From contig CAZDEH010000003.1 in NCBI GenBank assembly GCA_964504665.1, forward strand, positions 1,140 through 65,139: a stretch of 64,000 nucleotides of DNA, read 5' to 3'. The notes beneath the pieces were generated by a model that had not been told where the DNA came from, did no database searches, and saw only the letters and a list, made by a program, of their open reading frames with translations. Below, in pieces: positions 46,799-56,401 of the stretch. Position 1 is the first letter of the stretch; every line of letters begins with the position of its first letter. A program made the translations under genes and the position numbers. The stretch is from an uncultured Gammaproteobacteria bacterium. GTDB lineage: Bacteria > Patescibacteriota > Microgenomatia > Daviesbacterales > UBA10151.

Positions 46799-47821
46799 AT
46801 GTTTAACTTTGGAAAACGTATTGCTATTGATCTTGGAACAGCTAACAGTTTGGTCTATGTGGCAGGAGAAGGAATCATTCTGAACGAACCCACTGTGGTG
46901 GCTGTAGGGACGGATGATAACCGGGTTTTGGCTGTGGGGAATGAAGCCAAAGAGATGCTCGGCCGAACTCCTGGTAATATCACGGCTTCAAGACCGATGC
47001 GAGACGGTGTGATTGCCGATTATGTTATTACTGAAGCAATGCTGCGCTATTTTATCGATAAGGTTTGCGGTCACTCTCGGCTTTTTAAGCCGGAGGTAAT
47101 GATTTGTGTTCCGGCCGGAGTCACCTCAGTTGAGCGAAGAGCGGTGTTGGATGCCACTCTCTCAGCCGGTGCCAAAACTGCTTACCTTATTGATGAACCA
47201 CTTGCAGCCGCAATTGGTGCCAAAATCCCCATTGCCAATCCTTCTGGCAATATGATCGTGGATATAGGTGGAGGTACTGCTGAGGCAGCTGTGATCTGTT
47301 TGGGAGGTGTTGTTGTTCACTCTTCTATCCGTGTTGGTGGAAATAAGATTGATGAGGCTATTGCCTCTGCTATCAGGAAAAAATACAGTTTGATTATAGG
47401 AGAAAATCAGGCTGAAGACGTAAAAATTAAAATTGCCTCTGCCATCCCTATCAAAAGAACCCAGGATGAGAAAACTATGGAAGTCCGTGGTAGAGATAGT
47501 ATTACCGGACTTCCCAGAACTATCATACTTTCAACATCCGAGGTTCATGAGATGATCGAATCCGCTGTTTTAAAAATTATTTCCGCGGTCAAAGGAGTTT
47601 TAGAACAAACTCCTCCGGAGTTAGCCTCAGATATTATTGATAAAGGAATCGTTCTATCCGGAGGTACAGCACTTCTTTGTAATCTGGACAAATTAATGAC
47701 TTCGGCAACAGGTGTCCCTTGTCATGTGGCTGAAAACCCTTTGATGTGTGTAGCTTACGGCACAGGTATGGCCTTAGAAAATCTGGATTTGTATAAGCGT
47801 TCAGTCAGCTCAAAACGCTGA
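46799..47821 (+). CDS. mreB: rod shape-determining protein MreB
   Basis: IDLGTANSLVYV, DIGGGTAEAAV, actin-fold motifs. Confidence 0.9.
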   Translation: MFNFGKRIAIDLGTANSLVYVAGEGIILNEPTVVAVGTDDNRVLAVGNEAKEMLGRTPGNITASRPMRDGVIADYVITEAMLRYFIDKVCGHSRLFKPEVMICVPAGVTSVERRAVLDATLSAGAKTAYLIDEPLAAAIGAKIPIANPSGNMIVDIGGGTAEAAVICLGGVVVHSSIRVGGNKIDEAIASAIRKKYSLIIGENQAEDVKIKIASAIPIKRTQDEKTMEVRGRDSITGLPRTIILSTSEVHEMIESAVLKIISAVKGVLEQTPPELASDIIDKGIVLSGGTALLCNLDKLMTSATGVPCHVAENPLMCVAYGTGMALENLDLYKRSVSSKR

Positions 47822-47872
47822 CTTCTCGCTTGCGACAAGAGTCTTAAAAAAAGTGTATCAACCAAAAGATAG

Positions 47873-49063
47873 ATGAAAATAGGTTTTGATGGATCCCGTG
47901 CTTTTTTCAATAATAAGACCGGCACGGAAAATTATTCCTTTCAACTCTTAAAACACCTAGCTAAAATTGACAGTAAAAACCAATATATCATTTATTTAAG
48001 ACCTTTAGCCTCGCAAGGACCAGCCTTGCAAGGCTGGCCGACTAATTTCCATTTTACTATGATTCCTTATTCAAGACTATGGACTCAATTTGGCTTAGCT
48101 CAACAAACTTTTAAAGATAAAATTGATGTGCTATTTGTTCCTGCCCACACACTCCCCTTAATTAGAAAACCCGGACTTAAAACTGTAGTCACAGTACATG
48201 ACTTAGGTGCAGAGTACTTACCACAAACTCATCAATTAAAACAAAGGGTATATTTAAAATTGATAACTGATTTTCAACTTAAATCTGCCGGATATCTTAT
48301 TGCCGTATCAAGGAATACTAAAGATGATCTGGTGAAAAAAGTCCATATTAATCCTAATAAAATCACTGTTATATATGAAGGATATGATAAAACAGCATTT
48401 AAACCCTTAAAAACTGATGAATTAAAAGATACTTTAAACTATTACGATTTAGAAAGAGATAGATATTTCTTATTTGTGGGAACCATCCAACCAAGAAAGA
48501 ATTTAGAAAGGTTAATTAAAGCTTTTGCTAATTTTTTAGCGGGTGGTGCGAGCCGGGGCGCCCCATATTTTTATTATGGGGCTGGCGAGCAACAGGACCC
48601 GTTAAAGCCCCGAACAAAAAAAATACAACTTATCCTAACTGGTTCTAAAGGTTGGCTTTCAGAAGAAATTTATGAACTTCCTAAAAAGCTTGGTATCGAA
48701 AATCAAGTGAAGTTTTTAGGCTATGTTCCTGACAAGAATTTACCGGCGCTTTACAGCGGAGCTACCGCCTTACTTTTCCCTTCCTTATTTGAAGGTTTTG
48801 GACTACCTCTACTTGAAGCTATGGCTTGTGGAACACCGGTTTTAACATCTAATCTTTCTTCTATGCCGGAGATTTCAGGAAAAGCAGCACTCCTTGTAGA
48901 TCCTTACTCTGAAGAACAAATCGCGCAAGGAATTAATAGGCTATTTTACGATCAAAAACTAAAAAATCAGCTGAAAAAACTGGGAATTGCGCAAGCCCAA
49001 AAATATTCCTGGGAAAGATGTGCTGAGGAAACCTTAAAACTACTTGAAGCTACTTCAGATTAA
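47873..49063 (+). CDS. GT4-family glycosyltransferase carrying two in-frame GC-rich inserts
   Basis: EGFGLPLLEAMACGTPV (GT4 E-x7-E region); inserts at 48006-48035 (LASQGPALQG) and 48540-48613 (AGGASRGAPYFYYGAGEQQDPLKPRT). Confidence 0.75.
   Translation: MKIGFDGSRAFFNNKTGTENYSFQLLKHLAKIDSKNQYIIYLRPLASQGPALQGWPTNFHFTMIPYSRLWTQFGLAQQTFKDKIDVLFVPAHTLPLIRKPGLKTVVTVHDLGAEYLPQTHQLKQRVYLKLITDFQLKSAGYLIAVSRNTKDDLVKKVHINPNKITVIYEGYDKTAFKPLKTDELKDTLNYYDLERDRYFLFVGTIQPRKNLERLIKAFANFLAGGASRGAPYFYYGAGEQQDPLKPRTKKIQLILTGSKGWLSEEIYELPKKLGIENQVKFLGYVPDKNLPALYSGATALLFPSLFEGFGLPLLEAMACGTPVLTSNLSSMPEISGKAALLVDPYSEEQIAQGINRLFYDQKLKNQLKKLGIAQAQKYSWERCAEETLKLLEATSD
48006..48035. repeat. REP-like family A palindrome in-frame in the GT4 gene (tagcctcgcaagg-accag-ccttgcaaggct)
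   Basis: Seen directly. Confidence 0.7.
48540..48613. repeat. GC-rich element family C (gggtggtgcgagccggggcgccccat ... atggggctggcgagcaacaggaccc), in-frame in the GT4 gene
   Basis: Near-identical arms recur at 56326-56400 with a different central segment. Confidence 0.7.
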
Positions 49064-50243
49064 TTCCAAATAAATTTGGGATTGTGGCTGTTGGGGTATT
49101 AAAGGTAGTTAAAACCACCAACCTACTAGAATCTAACCAGGGAAAAACGTTTACATCTTCAAATTTACCGGCAAAAATAGCTGATATATTTAATCCATCA
49201 TACTCCCCTATACTGATTTTATCCTCCAGAATTAAGATTATATGCCTAGAATCAGGTAACCAATAATATGCTTTTGCCTCAAGTAAATCAAACTCTTTAT
49301 TAGTCATCAGATCATAAACTTTAAAGCCTTTAAGCAAGTCTCCAGTCTTCAGATTCGTCCCGATTTTATCGGAACTGTCAGCTTTCAGACTACCAGTTAT
49401 TATTTTTGATTCATCAGGAGACCATTTTAAAACAGCGGAGCTAGACGCAATCTGTTGAATTTTTAAATTAGGAATAAGTGCTAGTCTTACCTCATCCTTA
49501 ATCTTTTGATCTTCATCCCAACCCTTCAGTGTATTTTCAATCAAAGGAGTTATATCTTTTAAATCACTGAGCGAGGTTTGATAGTCAGCAGATATCAAAA
49601 AATTTCTGGCAGCAGCATCACCTACTACTCCCCCTTCTTGCATAGTTACTAACAGTTGTTTGGAATCCGGTGACCATTTAAAAGTGCTTTTCGAAAAATC
49701 CAAGGTAGTCGTTGAAATAACTACTTGATGAGGTTCTGCTCCTCTGTTAAATGATAAGGGTTGTGTGGTCATAGTCCAAACCCAAATACCTCCTTTTTGC
49801 CTTGAATGCTGATCAGAGGTTAAAGGGACAGCAAAGACAAGTTTCTGCCCATCCGGAGATAATATTGGATTTATCACACCGTTATAGGTTAGGGGATAAA
49901 TGGTGGGTAAAGCAGGAAATAGCGTGGCTTTAATCTCCGAAACTATTCCCTCTTTAACCTCAATATTTTTTTCCCAGGGGATAAACCCTTCTTTAATAAG
50001 TTTAATGTTATAAGATTTAGGAGTCAGTTGTGAAAGAGTCGCATTTGTAGCAGTAGCCAAATGCCCGTCTATATAGACTGAAGCTCCATCAGGAACTGAG
50101 GTAGCTGTAATAATACCTGTTCCTGATATCCTTTTCTCTGTAGGAGAAAAAGTATAACCCTTACTTAGATATATCGTTATCCCGGCAATAATCCCAATAA
50201 ATAATATTGTGGCTAATGTAATAACAAACCTCTTACTAATCAT
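49050..50243 (-). CDS. membrane-anchored PEGA-domain protein with a TolB-like beta-propeller repeat region
   Basis: PDGASVYIDGHLATATNATLSQLTPKSYNIKLIKEGF (PEGA); repeated SPDGQKL / WSPDSKQL / WSPDESKI / WLPDSRHI blades. Confidence 0.55.
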   Translation of the reverse strand: MISKRFVITLATILFIGIIAGITIYLSKGYTFSPTEKRISGTGIITATSVPDGASVYIDGHLATATNATLSQLTPKSYNIKLIKEGFIPWEKNIEVKEGIVSEIKATLFPALPTIYPLTYNGVINPILSPDGQKLVFAVPLTSDQHSRQKGGIWVWTMTTQPLSFNRGAEPHQVVISTTTLDFSKSTFKWSPDSKQLLVTMQEGGVVGDAAARNFLISADYQTSLSDLKDITPLIENTLKGWDEDQKIKDEVRLALIPNLKIQQIASSSAVLKWSPDESKIITGSLKADSSDKIGTNLKTGDLLKGFKVYDLMTNKEFDLLEAKAYYWLPDSRHIILILEDKISIGEYDGLNISAIFAGKFEDVNVFPWLDSSRLVVLTTFNTPTATIPNLFGINLK

Positions 50244-50246
50244 TAG

Positions 50247-50966
50247 TTAATTATACCCTGCGAGTCTTGCCCGTACAACTAAACGGTTGATAGTCGTTCC
50301 CGGAGGGTCACAGGTTTGCAAAGTTAAGACAGGTTGGTCATAGGTTTGGACTAAAAAATTTATGTTACTTGGCTCAGTGATGGTTTTATCATAAACAATA
50401 TAATCAAAACGTTTGCCTTTATAAAAAAGTATGATCTTATCTCCAGTATCCATCTTTCCCAGAAGATAAAACACAGCATTGTACCTTACTACATCCCAGG
50501 GGGCATTTACTGAGTGGGAAAATAAATAAATATTACCATTTTCCCCAGGGAATACAGTACCTTTAGCATGAGCTATACCTTGTGACAATGCCTGCATATA
50601 TTCTTTTTCATTACCCGGATCAACATTCGCAATAATTTTAGCATTAGCATTTATTTTTTCTATCACAATTCCAAAATCGGTTGAGACAGGAACAATTGTT
50701 TTTTGCTCTTCACCAAATATATCACCAAAACCAGATCTATTTTCTTTAGGTGTGGGTGTTAATGTGGGGATTTCTTCCCCCACGGATGTAACTACTTTAG
50801 GTAAAACTGCTTTTCTCCCTGTAGCTTCCCCTAAATTATACTTAACCTCTTCCAAAGAAACCGGTTCAATAATCAAAATCACGGTCACAATACCTATTAA
50901 TATAAACAAATAGCTCAAAAAATGAACTATAAAAGCACTATAATAGTGTGATAATATTTTTTTCAT
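50247..50966 (-). CDS. sortase-family transpeptidase candidate
   Basis: N-terminal TM; IYLFSHS (His), VLTLQTCDPPGT (TLxTC Cys), RLVVRARL (Arg); start MKKIL at 50966 avoids overlap with the tRNA. Confidence 0.55.
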   Translation of the reverse strand: MKKILSHYYSAFIVHFLSYLFILIGIVTVILIIEPVSLEEVKYNLGEATGRKAVLPKVVTSVGEEIPTLTPTPKENRSGFGDIFGEEQKTIVPVSTDFGIVIEKINANAKIIANVDPGNEKEYMQALSQGIAHAKGTVFPGENGNIYLFSHSVNAPWDVVRYNAVFYLLGKMDTGDKIILFYKGKRFDYIVYDKTITEPSNINFLVQTYDQPVLTLQTCDPPGTTINRLVVRARLAGYN

Positions 50967-50969
50967 CAG

Positions 50970-51042
50970 TATCCCTGGAGGGATTTGCACCCCCGACCTT
51001 TCCCTTAGGACGGGACCGCTCTATCTACTGAGCTACAGGGAC
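50970..51042 (-). tRNA. tRNA-Arg (anticodon CCU)
   Basis: Reverse complement gives GTCCCTG-TA-GCTC..GAGC, anticodon loop GTCCTAA, T-arm GGGGG-TGCAAAT-CCCTC, acceptor CAGGGAT (G-U at 1:72). Confidence 0.65.
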
Positions 51043-51059
51043 AAAACATCTATAATAAT

Positions 51060-51205
51060 GATTATACCAGTTATAATTGTTATAATCTTCTAAATTATAC
51101 GGGGACTAGTTCACCCGCCTGCTAGCGCCTGAGCGCCCGCCTGCTTCGATAGGCGAAGCATTTCGGGCAGGCAGCGATGGCGGGCAGGTCGGTAGCCCGC
51201 CAAAA
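51060..51205. repeat. GC-rich structured block between divergent tRNA genes
   Basis: cccgcctgc / gcaggc, cttcg-ataggc-gaag, gcggg...cccgc inverted repeats; composition unlike the AT-rich surroundings. Confidence 0.45.
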
Positions 51206-51208
51206 TTT

Positions 51209-51280
51209 CGGGGATTGGCGCAGTGGTAGCGCGCTCGGTTCGGGACCGAGAGACCGGCAGTTCAAATCTGCCATCCCCGA
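51209..51280 (+). tRNA. tRNA-Pro (anticodon CGG)
   Basis: Acceptor CGGGGAT/ATCCCCG, D GCGC/GCGC, anticodon stem CTCGG/CCGAG with loop TTCGGGA, T-arm GGCAG-TTCAAAT-CTGCC. Confidence 0.85.
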
Positions 51281-51298
51281 CAAATAGAAGACTAAAAA

Positions 51299-52156
51299 TT
51301 AAGCTGAAAGAGAGTCTGGTTCTGTAGTTAACAATCTACTGTCTAAATCACGAGGATTATAGCTGATGGCCCTTAAGGCACTTACCACCAGTGACCCACG
51401 CTCTTCAAACACCCTTTGTATTGCTAGAAGTTCTCTTCCTCTACCAACACCCAACATCCTCTTAGGTTCTTTTTCTGAAAAAATAAACATGGATTTTCTA
51501 GTTGCAACAGATCGTCCTGCAAGCTCCATGACTATTCTTCTTAACTCCCCAACTTCTCTTTGCACAGATAAAATAGAATCACTGCCATGTACCAAATTAT
51601 TGGGCAGGTTTTCTTCAATGGCATGTCTCCCGCGGATAGAATCCGGGTCTGCCTGTTTGGGGTGAGTTGCCCCCATTCTACCTCTCCACCAGCTGACAGC
51701 ATCTCCCTGCTCACGGTAAATTAACATAAAGGTTAAGGGGCCTGACTGAGCATGGCTGGAAATCATATCCCAAATCTCTCTAGGATATTTATCCTTAGCA
51801 TCCTGATAAAATCGTTCTACATCATGGTTTGAGAGTTTGGTAGAAAAAGTAAAAACAACATTATCATGCTCAGTCTCATCCATAAGCATATCTGCAGCTG
51901 CTTGGTCATCAGAAGACAATCCCTTACTTACATTTACCTGAGGTTTAATTAACCCTAAGGTTATTTTCCCCTCTGCTATAAGCTTGTCAAGTTCCGGATG
52001 ATGTAATACCTTATTAATTCTATTTAATTTTTGCTGTTCCAACTCTCCTAAAGCTACTTCACCGGAACGGATACCATCTGTAACCTCCGCTGCTAATCCT
52101 CTGTTATGAGAATTAAATACATATGGTGTTTCTATATTAAATATTTCTCTACTCAT
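51299..52156 (-). CDS. ndk: nucleoside diphosphate kinase with N- and C-terminal extensions
   Basis: ITLGLIKPQ, HAQSGPLTFMLIY, GATHPKQADPDSIRGRHAI, NLVHGSDS (active-site His). Confidence 0.7.
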   Translation of the reverse strand: MSREIFNIETPYVFNSHNRGLAAEVTDGIRSGEVALGELEQQKLNRINKVLHHPELDKLIAEGKITLGLIKPQVNVSKGLSSDDQAAADMLMDETEHDNVVFTFSTKLSNHDVERFYQDAKDKYPREIWDMISSHAQSGPLTFMLIYREQGDAVSWWRGRMGATHPKQADPDSIRGRHAIEENLPNNLVHGSDSILSVQREVGELRRIVMELAGRSVATRKSMFIFSEKEPKRMLGVGRGRELLAIQRVFEERGSLVVSALRAISYNPRDLDSRLLTTEPDSLSA

Positions 52157-52429
52157 TTTTTTGGCGCTTCCCTTTCTTATTTCTTTTTATCAAGGAATTT
52201 TATAAAATTATCCAGAACTTGAATCTCTTTGAGGATTTTTTTCTTTTTAATGTTCTGCTTATTATCCTGATCGCTTATCATTATTGCATCAAAAAACAGA
52301 TTGACTTTTTTTGTGAAGCCACGATATCATAGCATCTTATTGTCTAAAATTCAAGTAGCTATCCACCACAAAAAATCTGTGAATTTCACAGCTAACGAGA
52401 CTTAAAAAGTTTATTAGCCCAAGAAGAAA

Positions 52430-53503
52430 TTACTCTTCTGTTAAAATTTTAGCCATTTGTTTAAGTAAAGCTACCACTACCGGAGCAGGCATCAAACTAT
52501 GAGATTCCACTCCTTGGTTATCTTGCACTACCCAAGGACTTTCATGAGTACTCACGGTCTTGGTTTGTTCATCAAATTGATAGCTAAAAGCAGGTGTCAG
52601 CTCATATTTATCAAAAAGTTCTTCTGCCTGGCTTACAGGAATAGAATTCCGCAACAGTATGTTGGGGATACCGGAAAGTTTAAAAGACTCATCTATAATT
52701 TCCTGATCTTTTGCAAGCCTCTCTTTAATTGGGTCTATCCCTAATTCATCACCCTCTTTACTAACCATAATGGCTTTATTGCAAGATGGATTATCGCATC
52801 TCAGATAATATTCTTTTGTCTTTTCATCATATTCTACAATAGAGGTTGGTAATAATCTGATGTTGCGTGGAGCTTGACAGATAGGACAGATCCGGCGGAA
52901 TTTAATTCTTTCATTGATCACAGAGTCCGGAATATCAATCAAAATGTACATGTCTTGATCCGCTCCTCTCCCAACAATTTCCTTAAAATATAATGAGCAA
53001 GATATTTGATCAATTTCTCGCGGGTATCCATCCAGAAAAACACTTTTTCCGGCTAACTCATCAAATTTTACCCTGAGCATTGCCAGGATAAACTCTGAGG
53101 GGAGTAATTTACTGGCAGAACGACCCAAGAATCTTTCAACTGCCTCGTCAAAACTCAAAGGTCCCCTATAAAATGATTTTAATTTTTTGCCTTGCTCACC
53201 TTTAGAATAATTCTCCCAATCAGCATGTACTTCCCTCACCAAATCACCCACAGAAAGATGAACTATTTTTTCTTTTCCGATCAAATTGGAAAATATTTTT
53301 GAATACGTTCCTTTACCGGCATTCTTTTTCCCCACAAAGAAAGCAATGAAGTTTCGTTTTTCTAAAGCTTTTTTGATAATTTCAATTTCTTTTCCTGTTT
53401 TAGCTTGAAAATACGCCTGCAACGAATCGGGATTGGTTAAATCATAAACTTTAGTCACATCTTGTGTTTTAGCACCAATTAAAGGAAAATTAGTTTTTGT
53501 CAT
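52430..53503 (-). CDS. adenylate kinase-family protein (extended, Zn-lid type)
   Basis: GKKNAGKGTY (P-loop), SVGDLVRE, LDGYPRE, and lid CPICQ...CDNPSC. Confidence 0.55.
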   Translation of the reverse strand: MTKTNFPLIGAKTQDVTKVYDLTNPDSLQAYFQAKTGKEIEIIKKALEKRNFIAFFVGKKNAGKGTYSKIFSNLIGKEKIVHLSVGDLVREVHADWENYSKGEQGKKLKSFYRGPLSFDEAVERFLGRSASKLLPSEFILAMLRVKFDELAGKSVFLDGYPREIDQISCSLYFKEIVGRGADQDMYILIDIPDSVINERIKFRRICPICQAPRNIRLLPTSIVEYDEKTKEYYLRCDNPSCNKAIMVSKEGDELGIDPIKERLAKDQEIIDESFKLSGIPNILLRNSIPVSQAEELFDKYELTPAFSYQFDEQTKTVSTHESPWVVQDNQGVESHSLMPAPVVVALLKQMAKILTEE

Positions 53504-54642
53504 TATTCCACCTCTATATCTGAAATATTGTAACTGCCATCAGCATAAACGTCAACGGTAGCAAATCTGGGAGCCTCTGTATTCCGTTCTTTGGTTATTG
53601 CTCCAACTGTAACCATATTCATATTACTTGCCATATCAGTGTATGAAGTATATGCATGAATATCACCGGCAAAGATTCCTGCCACACCCGCATTTTTAAA
53701 ATTATTTAGCAGCTCCTTAGCCTGCTCTTTAATTTTAGTATTTTCCAATATGGCTGGATCTGTTTTTCTGGCAGAGCCCGCTTCGCCGAATCGAGACGAG
53801 TCCGCTTCGCCAGTCTTGCGAGGCGAGCCCATGACTTGATCTGAGGTTGGATGAACCAATGGTTCATGTAGAAAGATATAGATTGACTTAGATTGATTAG
53901 TCTGCACCTTATTTAATTCATTTTTTAACCAGTTAAATTGTAAATCGTCTACCCCATTATAATTATCAGAGTTAAAAGTAAGAATAAATCTGACACCGGA
54001 ATCGGAAAAAGCCTGATAAGGCATACCAAATACCTGGCTATAATTATTGACCGCAACACTACCTTTATCCCGAGAGTCCCACAAATCATGATCTCCCGGG
54101 ATGACATAAAAAGGTAAGCCGCTTGTCTCAAAAACCTGCTTGGCATCCTCCAACTCCTTAATTGTTCCCACATCACTAAAATCTCCCAAACCAATCACAA
54201 ACTTTGCTCCACCTGCTTTAGCTTGAGCTAAGGCTTTTTTTAAATCTTCATTGTTGTTATGTGAATCTGCTACAAGGGCAAATTTAAAAAGCGGAGATCC
54301 GCTTTTCTTTGTGGGACGGGAAGTATTGTTATTTTCCGGTGCATCGTTGTTATTCAAGGACAATTTTAGATCTTTAGCAGGACTAAAACTTAAGACACCG
54401 GCAATCATTTTGGTCGTTTCCTCTGAAGTAATAAGCCCAATAATTGCCTGTTTAGGGTTAGCTGGAAACTCATTCACAGCTTTCGTAATAGGATCACCCT
54501 CAAGTATATTCCCTGAAAAATATTTAAAAGCCTGAATCAGAGCTACTCCTAAAATTAAAAATAAAACCAGGGAAATAAACAGCCTCAAGATAGTCAAAGG
54601 CAGTGGTACTCCGTGTCTCCGATTTTCAGACCGATGAAACAT
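53503..54642 (-). CDS. calcineurin-like metallophosphoesterase, membrane-anchored, with an in-frame GC-rich insert
   Basis: ALVADSH, GLGDFSDVG, YVIPGDHDLW, GDIHAY; insert GSPRKTGEADSSRFGEAGSA encoded by 53776-53829. Confidence 0.65.
   Translation of the reverse strand: MFHRSENRRHGVPLPLTILRLFISLVLFLILGVALIQAFKYFSGNILEGDPITKAVNEFPANPKQAIIGLITSEETTKMIAGVLSFSPAKDLKLSLNNNDAPENNNTSRPTKKSGSPLFKFALVADSHNNNEDLKKALAQAKAGGAKFVIGLGDFSDVGTIKELEDAKQVFETSGLPFYVIPGDHDLWDSRDKGSVAVNNYSQVFGMPYQAFSDSGVRFILTFNSDNYNGVDDLQFNWLKNELNKVQTNQSKSIYIFLHEPLVHPTSDQVMGSPRKTGEADSSRFGEAGSARKTDPAILENTKIKEQAKELLNNFKNAGVAGIFAGDIHAYTSYTDMASNMNMVTVGAITKERNTEAPRFATVDVYADGSYNISDIEVE
53776..53829. repeat. GC-rich element family D (cccgcttcgcc ... 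ttgcgaggcgagcc), in-frame in the metallophosphoesterase
   Basis: Shares both termini with 59094-59134. Confidence 0.65.
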
Positions 54643-54659
54643 AATATTAATTATACACG

Positions 54660-56294
54660 CTACATTCTTTCCGGCGCTTCAATCCCCATAATTTTAAGTG
54701 TATTACCCAAAACAATTTTGCAGGCTGAAACTAAAGCCAGTCTGGATTTTTTTAAATCATCCGTTTCAGCATTAAGTACTCTGCAGGATTCATAAAACTT
54801 ATGGAATAAATCTGCCAATTTTATAACATAAGCTGTTAATTTATGAACATGATAGGTTTCCGCTATCTCTGCTATCAAATCAGGAAACTGAACTAAATGT
54901 TTAATTAAGGATAGTTCTAAGTGATTTAATTTAGCCACGCCAAGCGAGGCTTGGGAGCCCACATCGGCTTTATTTAAAATATTAGACATTCTGGCATGAG
55001 CATATTTAACATAATAGACAGGGTTTTTTTGTGATTTTTCTTTGGCTAAATCCAGATCAAAATTCATATGAGTATGCATATCATACATTAGAAAGAAAAA
55101 ACGGATTTCGTCTTTACCAATTGTCTGCAATAGCTCATCCAAAGCAACATAAGTACCTGCCCTTTTACTCATTCTTACTTCTTGTCCATTTTTTATAAGC
55201 TTCACCATCTGGAATAGGACAAAATCTAACCACTCAGTTTTAGTAATAGCTTCCACACTCAACTTTAATCTAACTACATAACTATGATGGTCAGCTCCCA
55301 GAAAATTTATCCTTTTTACGTAACCACGCTTGAACATCTCCAGGTGATGAATAATATCTGGCAGCAAATAGGTGGGTTCGGCTCTACCACGCACATCAAC
55401 TGACGTCATCAACACCCGATCTTTTTCATCCCCAAATTGACTTGATTTGAACCAGACTGCTCCGTCTTTTTTATAAGATAATCCTTTCTCTTCTAATAAT
55501 TTAACTGTTTTTTGGATTAAATCTCTTTCATGCAGACTTCGTTCGGAATAATACTCATCAAATTTAATTCCCATTTTTTTTATTGCCGGCTTAATTTCAT
55601 GATCCATAAGATAATCTGCCAGGATATAACCTAATTCCTGAGACTCTAAATCCAGTTTGTCTACAAATTTAACAGCTAATTCTTTAATATATTCACCCTG
55701 ATAATGTTCTTCTTTAGACTCAATTTTTCCTGCAGCAGAGAGCACAGATTCACCAAGTATTCTGATCTGATTACCAGTATCATTAACATAATATTCTCTA
55801 TTGACCTCAAATCCATTCCAGCTTAAAACGTTAGCTAGTGTATCCCCAAGTGACCCTCCCCTACCATTAGCTAGTGTTAAAGGACCTGTTGGATTAGCAG
55901 AAATATACTCAACCTGAATTTTTTTACCCTTCCCAAAATCAGACTTGCCAAAATCTTCACCCTCTTTTAAAATAACCTCCAAGCTTTTTACTAATATCTC
56001 ATCTTTAATATAAAAGTTAATAAAGCCCGGACCAGCAACTTCTATTTTATCCAAATATGGAAGGGTTCTTAAATTTTCCAAAATTTTATTAGCAATCTCT
56101 TGCGAAGTTTGCTTGCCTTTTTCTGATTTCTGTTTAGCAAGCTGCAAAGCGATGTTCGAAGTATAGTCTCCAAAGGATGAATTTTGTGGAATATCACAAA
56201 CTATATCAATGGTTTTAAAAACCTGCCTGTCGGCAGGCAGACCTAAATCTTCTACAGCTTTTTTTAAGTCACCAACTAACTGCTGCTTAATCAT
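54660..56294 (-). CDS. argS: arginyl-tRNA synthetase
   Basis: ISANPTGPL...GRGG (HIGH-region equivalent), C-terminal DALR/anticodon-binding region HKFYESCRVL. Confidence 0.85.
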   Translation of the reverse strand: MIKQQLVGDLKKAVEDLGLPADRQVFKTIDIVCDIPQNSSFGDYTSNIALQLAKQKSEKGKQTSQEIANKILENLRTLPYLDKIEVAGPGFINFYIKDEILVKSLEVILKEGEDFGKSDFGKGKKIQVEYISANPTGPLTLANGRGGSLGDTLANVLSWNGFEVNREYYVNDTGNQIRILGESVLSAAGKIESKEEHYQGEYIKELAVKFVDKLDLESQELGYILADYLMDHEIKPAIKKMGIKFDEYYSERSLHERDLIQKTVKLLEEKGLSYKKDGAVWFKSSQFGDEKDRVLMTSVDVRGRAEPTYLLPDIIHHLEMFKRGYVKRINFLGADHHSYVVRLKLSVEAITKTEWLDFVLFQMVKLIKNGQEVRMSKRAGTYVALDELLQTIGKDEIRFFFLMYDMHTHMNFDLDLAKEKSQKNPVYYVKYAHARMSNILNKADVGSQASLGVAKLNHLELSLIKHLVQFPDLIAEIAETYHVHKLTAYVIKLADLFHKFYESCRVLNAETDDLKKSRLALVSACKIVLGNTLKIMGIEAPERM

Positions 56295-56325
56295 AAATTA
56301 ATCATAACATATATACGATGGGTGG

Positions 56326-56400
56326 TGCGAGTCGGGGCGCCCCATCGAACACCCGCAACGAAGTGAGGATGTCGGATGGGGCTGACGAGCAATAGGACCC
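56326..56400. repeat. GC-rich element family C, intergenic copy (atgggtggtgcgagtcggggcgccccat ... atggggctgacgagcaataggacccat)
   Basis: Both arms match 48540-48613 with 3-4 substitutions. Confidence 0.7.
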
Positions 56401-56401
56401 A

